Position numbers and translations under genes: made by a program. Positions 33,438-36,634 of a stretch of DNA of 36,634 nt are shown here, piece by piece (the first letter of the stretch is position 1; each line of letters starts with the position of its first letter). The notes beneath the pieces are model-generated. The model was not told where the DNA came from. It did no database searches and was given only the letters and a program-made list of their open reading frames with translations. This DNA is from Octopus bimaculoides. Taxonomy: Eukaryota. The stretch spans positions 14,722,780 through 14,759,413 of the forward strand of contig NC_068987.1 in the NCBI RefSeq assembly GCF_001194135.2. Direction: 5' to 3'.

Positions 33438-35166
33438 GTATGTATGTGTGTGCGTGTGGGTGTATCTAAACACACACACATACATACATACATACATACA
33501 TAGATACATACATACATACATACATACATACACATATATATTATACATAAGTAATGTACTAGAAAGAACAGTTAGCATTATTTAAACTAAGGTTGAATAA
33601 TTTATTTGCATGAAACCGTTGGTATCGTAGTAACATCCCTCCATTACTAAAACTATTAAAAGACACACTAGTGCGTGTGCACATATGAATATATATGTGT
33701 GTGTGAATGTGTCTGAGTGAAAATGTGGGTATGTGTGCTCCCACAAAGAGTCTCTGCACAATTTCTGTCTATGAAATTTCAGTTGCAACGCATGGGTTGT
33801 CTCTTGGCTCCAACAGACGACACCAGAACAAGAGGAAGTGTAGTAGGATGGAAAATGAAAATCATATGATTTCGATATTCATGTTTTAAAAACACAGCTA
33901 CGTGAATGAGTGAGATGAGGGGGAGTGAGGGGGGAGCTTATGATATATTTTCAGTATTGAAAATATTACTATTTTGGGTTATAAAAACATCATTAATATA
34001 CTGATTAATACACTGGTATCGATTGAATCGATTAGTCCTTCAACATCCCTTCGAGAAATGTTGGTCTACTGCCCAGTCAAAACAAATCGCTTATTGCTAA
34101 AATGGTTGAAGTCTAAACTTTTCTGCAGAACAAGTTCACGAAGACTGTGTCACGTGATTAACGAGAAATTTAGGTCAGCTGTAAACATTGCATTAGAAAA
34201 ATCTTATGGATTTTACACTCTGTCTTGCTCAAACAAGCATTTAATGCTGTTGTTTGGTGCTGTATTTGTGCGGGATGTGGGTTTGCGACGGGGGATGGTG
34301 AATCGAGGTTGTTGGATTTATGATTTGCTAGCAGAGAGACTCAATGTTTCTTGGAAATTGACCAGCATTTGGTCTGTGTTAAATAGAGAAACACACACAC
34401 ACACGTTCATACATATACATGTGTATATATGTATCTATGNNNNNNNNNNNNNNNNNNNNNNNNNNNNNNNNNNNNNNNNNNNNNNNNNNNNNNNNNNNNN
34501 NNNNNNNNNNNNNNNNNNNNNNNNNNNNNNNNNNNNNNNNNNNNNNNNNNNNNNNNNNNNNNNNNNNNNNNNNNNNNNNNNNNNNNNNNNNNNNNNNNNN
34601 NNNNNNNNNNNNNNNNNNNNNNNNNNNNNNNNNNNNNNNNNNNNNNNNNNNNNNNNNNNNNNNNNNNNNNNNNNNNNNNNNNNNNNNNNNNNNNNNNNNN
34701 NNNNNNNNNNNNNNNNNNNNNNNNNNNNNNNNNNNNNNNNNNNNNNNNNNNNNNNNNNNNNNNNNNNNNNNNNNNNNNNNNNNNNNNNNNNNNNNNNNNN
34801 NNNNNNNNNNNNNNNNNNNNNNNNNNNNNNNNNNNNNNNNNNNNNNNNNNNNNNNNNNNNNNNNNNNNNNNNNNNNNNNNNNNNNNNNNNNNNNNNNNNN
34901 NNNNNNNNNNNNNNNNNNNNNNNNNNNNNNNNNNNNNNNNNNNNNNNNNNNNNNNNNNNNNNNNNNNNNNNNNNNNNNNNNNNNNNNNNNNNNNNNNNNN
35001 NNNNNNNNNNNNNNNNNNNNNNNNNNNNNNNNNNNNNNNNNNNNNNNNNNNNNNNNNNNNNNNNNNNNNNNNNNNCGACATTAGCATTCATATAACAATG
35101 AGATATAGTATTGCATAGCTAGCTGGAACACAAACCACCGGCTTGTTTACTGTAGCTTTAAGCAAT

Positions 35167-35436
35167 GCACTCCATCCTTTACAACGACGAGGTTTCCAGT
35201 TGATCCGATCAACGGAACATTCTGCTCGTGAAATTAACGTGCAAGTGGCTGAGCACTCCACAGACACGTGTACCCTTAACGTAGTTCTCGGGGGGATTCA
35301 GCGTGACACAGAGTGTGACAAGGCTAGTCCTTTGAAATACAGGCACAACAGAAACAGGAAGAAAGAGTGAGAGAAAGTTGTGGTGAAGGAGTACAGCAGG
35401 ATTCGCCACCATCCCCTGCCGGAGCCTCGTGGAGCT
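35167..35436 (-). mobile_element. 5'-truncated SINE family C copy
   Basis: Reverse complement of the body of 36329-36634. Confidence 0.85.
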
Positions 35437-35659
35437 ACATAAATATATGCATATATACATACATACATATATGTACATACCTACATATATATATGTATAT
35501 TAGGTGTCTATGCATATATGGGTACAGGACATAGAAAAAAACCCGTTAAACACAATGAGAAACGAAAACATAGAAAAGGAACGTTTTTCGAACAACGAAA
35601 AAAACAGAGAAACGAGACGTAACATAAAGACTTCTTCAGTTGTCCCTGTTTCCTATGTC

Positions 35660-35727
<68 letters not shown>

Positions 35728-35792
35728 ACTGTTATAGTTTCTTCAANNNNNNNNNNATCTGTGCATGCATACATACATACATATCTATATAT

Positions 35793-35833
<41 letters not shown>

Positions 35834-36328
35834 GAGAGAGAGAAAGACAGAGAAAGACAGAGACAGATACAGAGACAGGAAAAGAGAGAGCGAGAGCGAG
35901 CGTGCGAGAGATGTAAAATAAATATATAAACAGGCAGATTGACAGGTAGGGTAGATAGATAAATAGATAGGCGTACGTTAGGCAGTTGTTTTTGATAGAC
36001 ACACGAATAATTATGCATTTAAAAGAACATCTAGAGAGCTTGATAGCTAGAGGTCTAGAAAGTCGGACATTTTAGCTAAACAAATAAAATAAGATATATT
36101 TGCATGAGTTATTAAATAACCATACATCTGCTCTGATTCTGGCAGTGACGTTAAATGTAAATGGATTTTATTGAATATGATACATGTTGCGTCCAGTTAT
36201 TCCTCATTATAATGACCAACAAATCTGCCTATCAGTGACCATGTCATACTGTTGTTGTTGTCATTGTTGTCGTTTTCTTTTTGTTGTTGTCGTTGTTGAT
36301 TGAACTCAGATCATTACTAATCCTACGT

Positions 36329-36634
36329 GGAGGCGCAATGGCCCAGTGGTTAGGGCGGCGCACTCGCGGTCATAGGATCGCGGTTTCCATTCCCAGACCG
36401 GGCGTTGTGAGTGTATATTGAGCGAAAACACCTAAAGCTCCACGAGGCTCCGGCAGGGGATGGTGGCGAACCCTGCTGTACTCTTCCACCACAACTTTCT
36501 CTCACTCTTACTTCCTGTTTCTGCTGTGCCTGTAATTCAAAGGGTCAGCCTTGTCACACTGTGTCACGCTGAATATCCCCGAGAACTACGTTAAGGGTAC
36601 ACGTGTCTGTGGAGTGCTCAGCCACTTGCACGTT
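36329..36634 (+). mobile_element. tRNA-derived SINE family C, runs off the window end
   Basis: A box TGGCCCAGTGG (36339-36349), B-box-like GGTTTCCATTCC (36382-36393); body shared with 35167-35436. Confidence 0.85.

Noticed and set aside
33974-34400. About 140-codon open stretch before the gap
   Set aside because: No start or splice context and no recognisable motif; consistent with chance.
36329-36400. tRNA gene at the head of SINE C, and similar heads of families A and B
   Set aside because: No complete cloverleaf; the head continues directly into a repeated SINE body.

Overview
AT-rich, repeat-dominated animal genomic DNA from a gapped short-read assembly. There are 11 N-runs totalling about 5.7 kb: 3140-3666, 4781-5512, 5790-6170, 10361-11234, 12131-12154, 12696-13450, 19337-19346, 22351-23342, 25311-26046, 34440-35075 and 35747-35756; most abut microsatellites. 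The SINE families and microsatellite load resemble what I recall from octopus (coleoid cephalopod) genomes; that assignment is an inference, not a search result. I found no intact protein-coding gene, rRNA, functional tRNA or CRISPR array. The recognisable content is: a 5'-truncated R4/Dong-like RLE retrotransposon inside (TAA)n, mariner relics (one with both TIRs, one folded back on itself), a Helentron-type non-autonomous element, hAT-like and TTAA-flanked MITEs, at least three tRNA-derived SINE families and many microsatellites. The most unusual features are fold-back structures, notably a perfect 46-bp inverted repeat overlapping a candidate exon and splice donor. A few weak candidate exons suggest the window may lie inside a long-intron gene. 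I cannot support a claim of a new biological system here.
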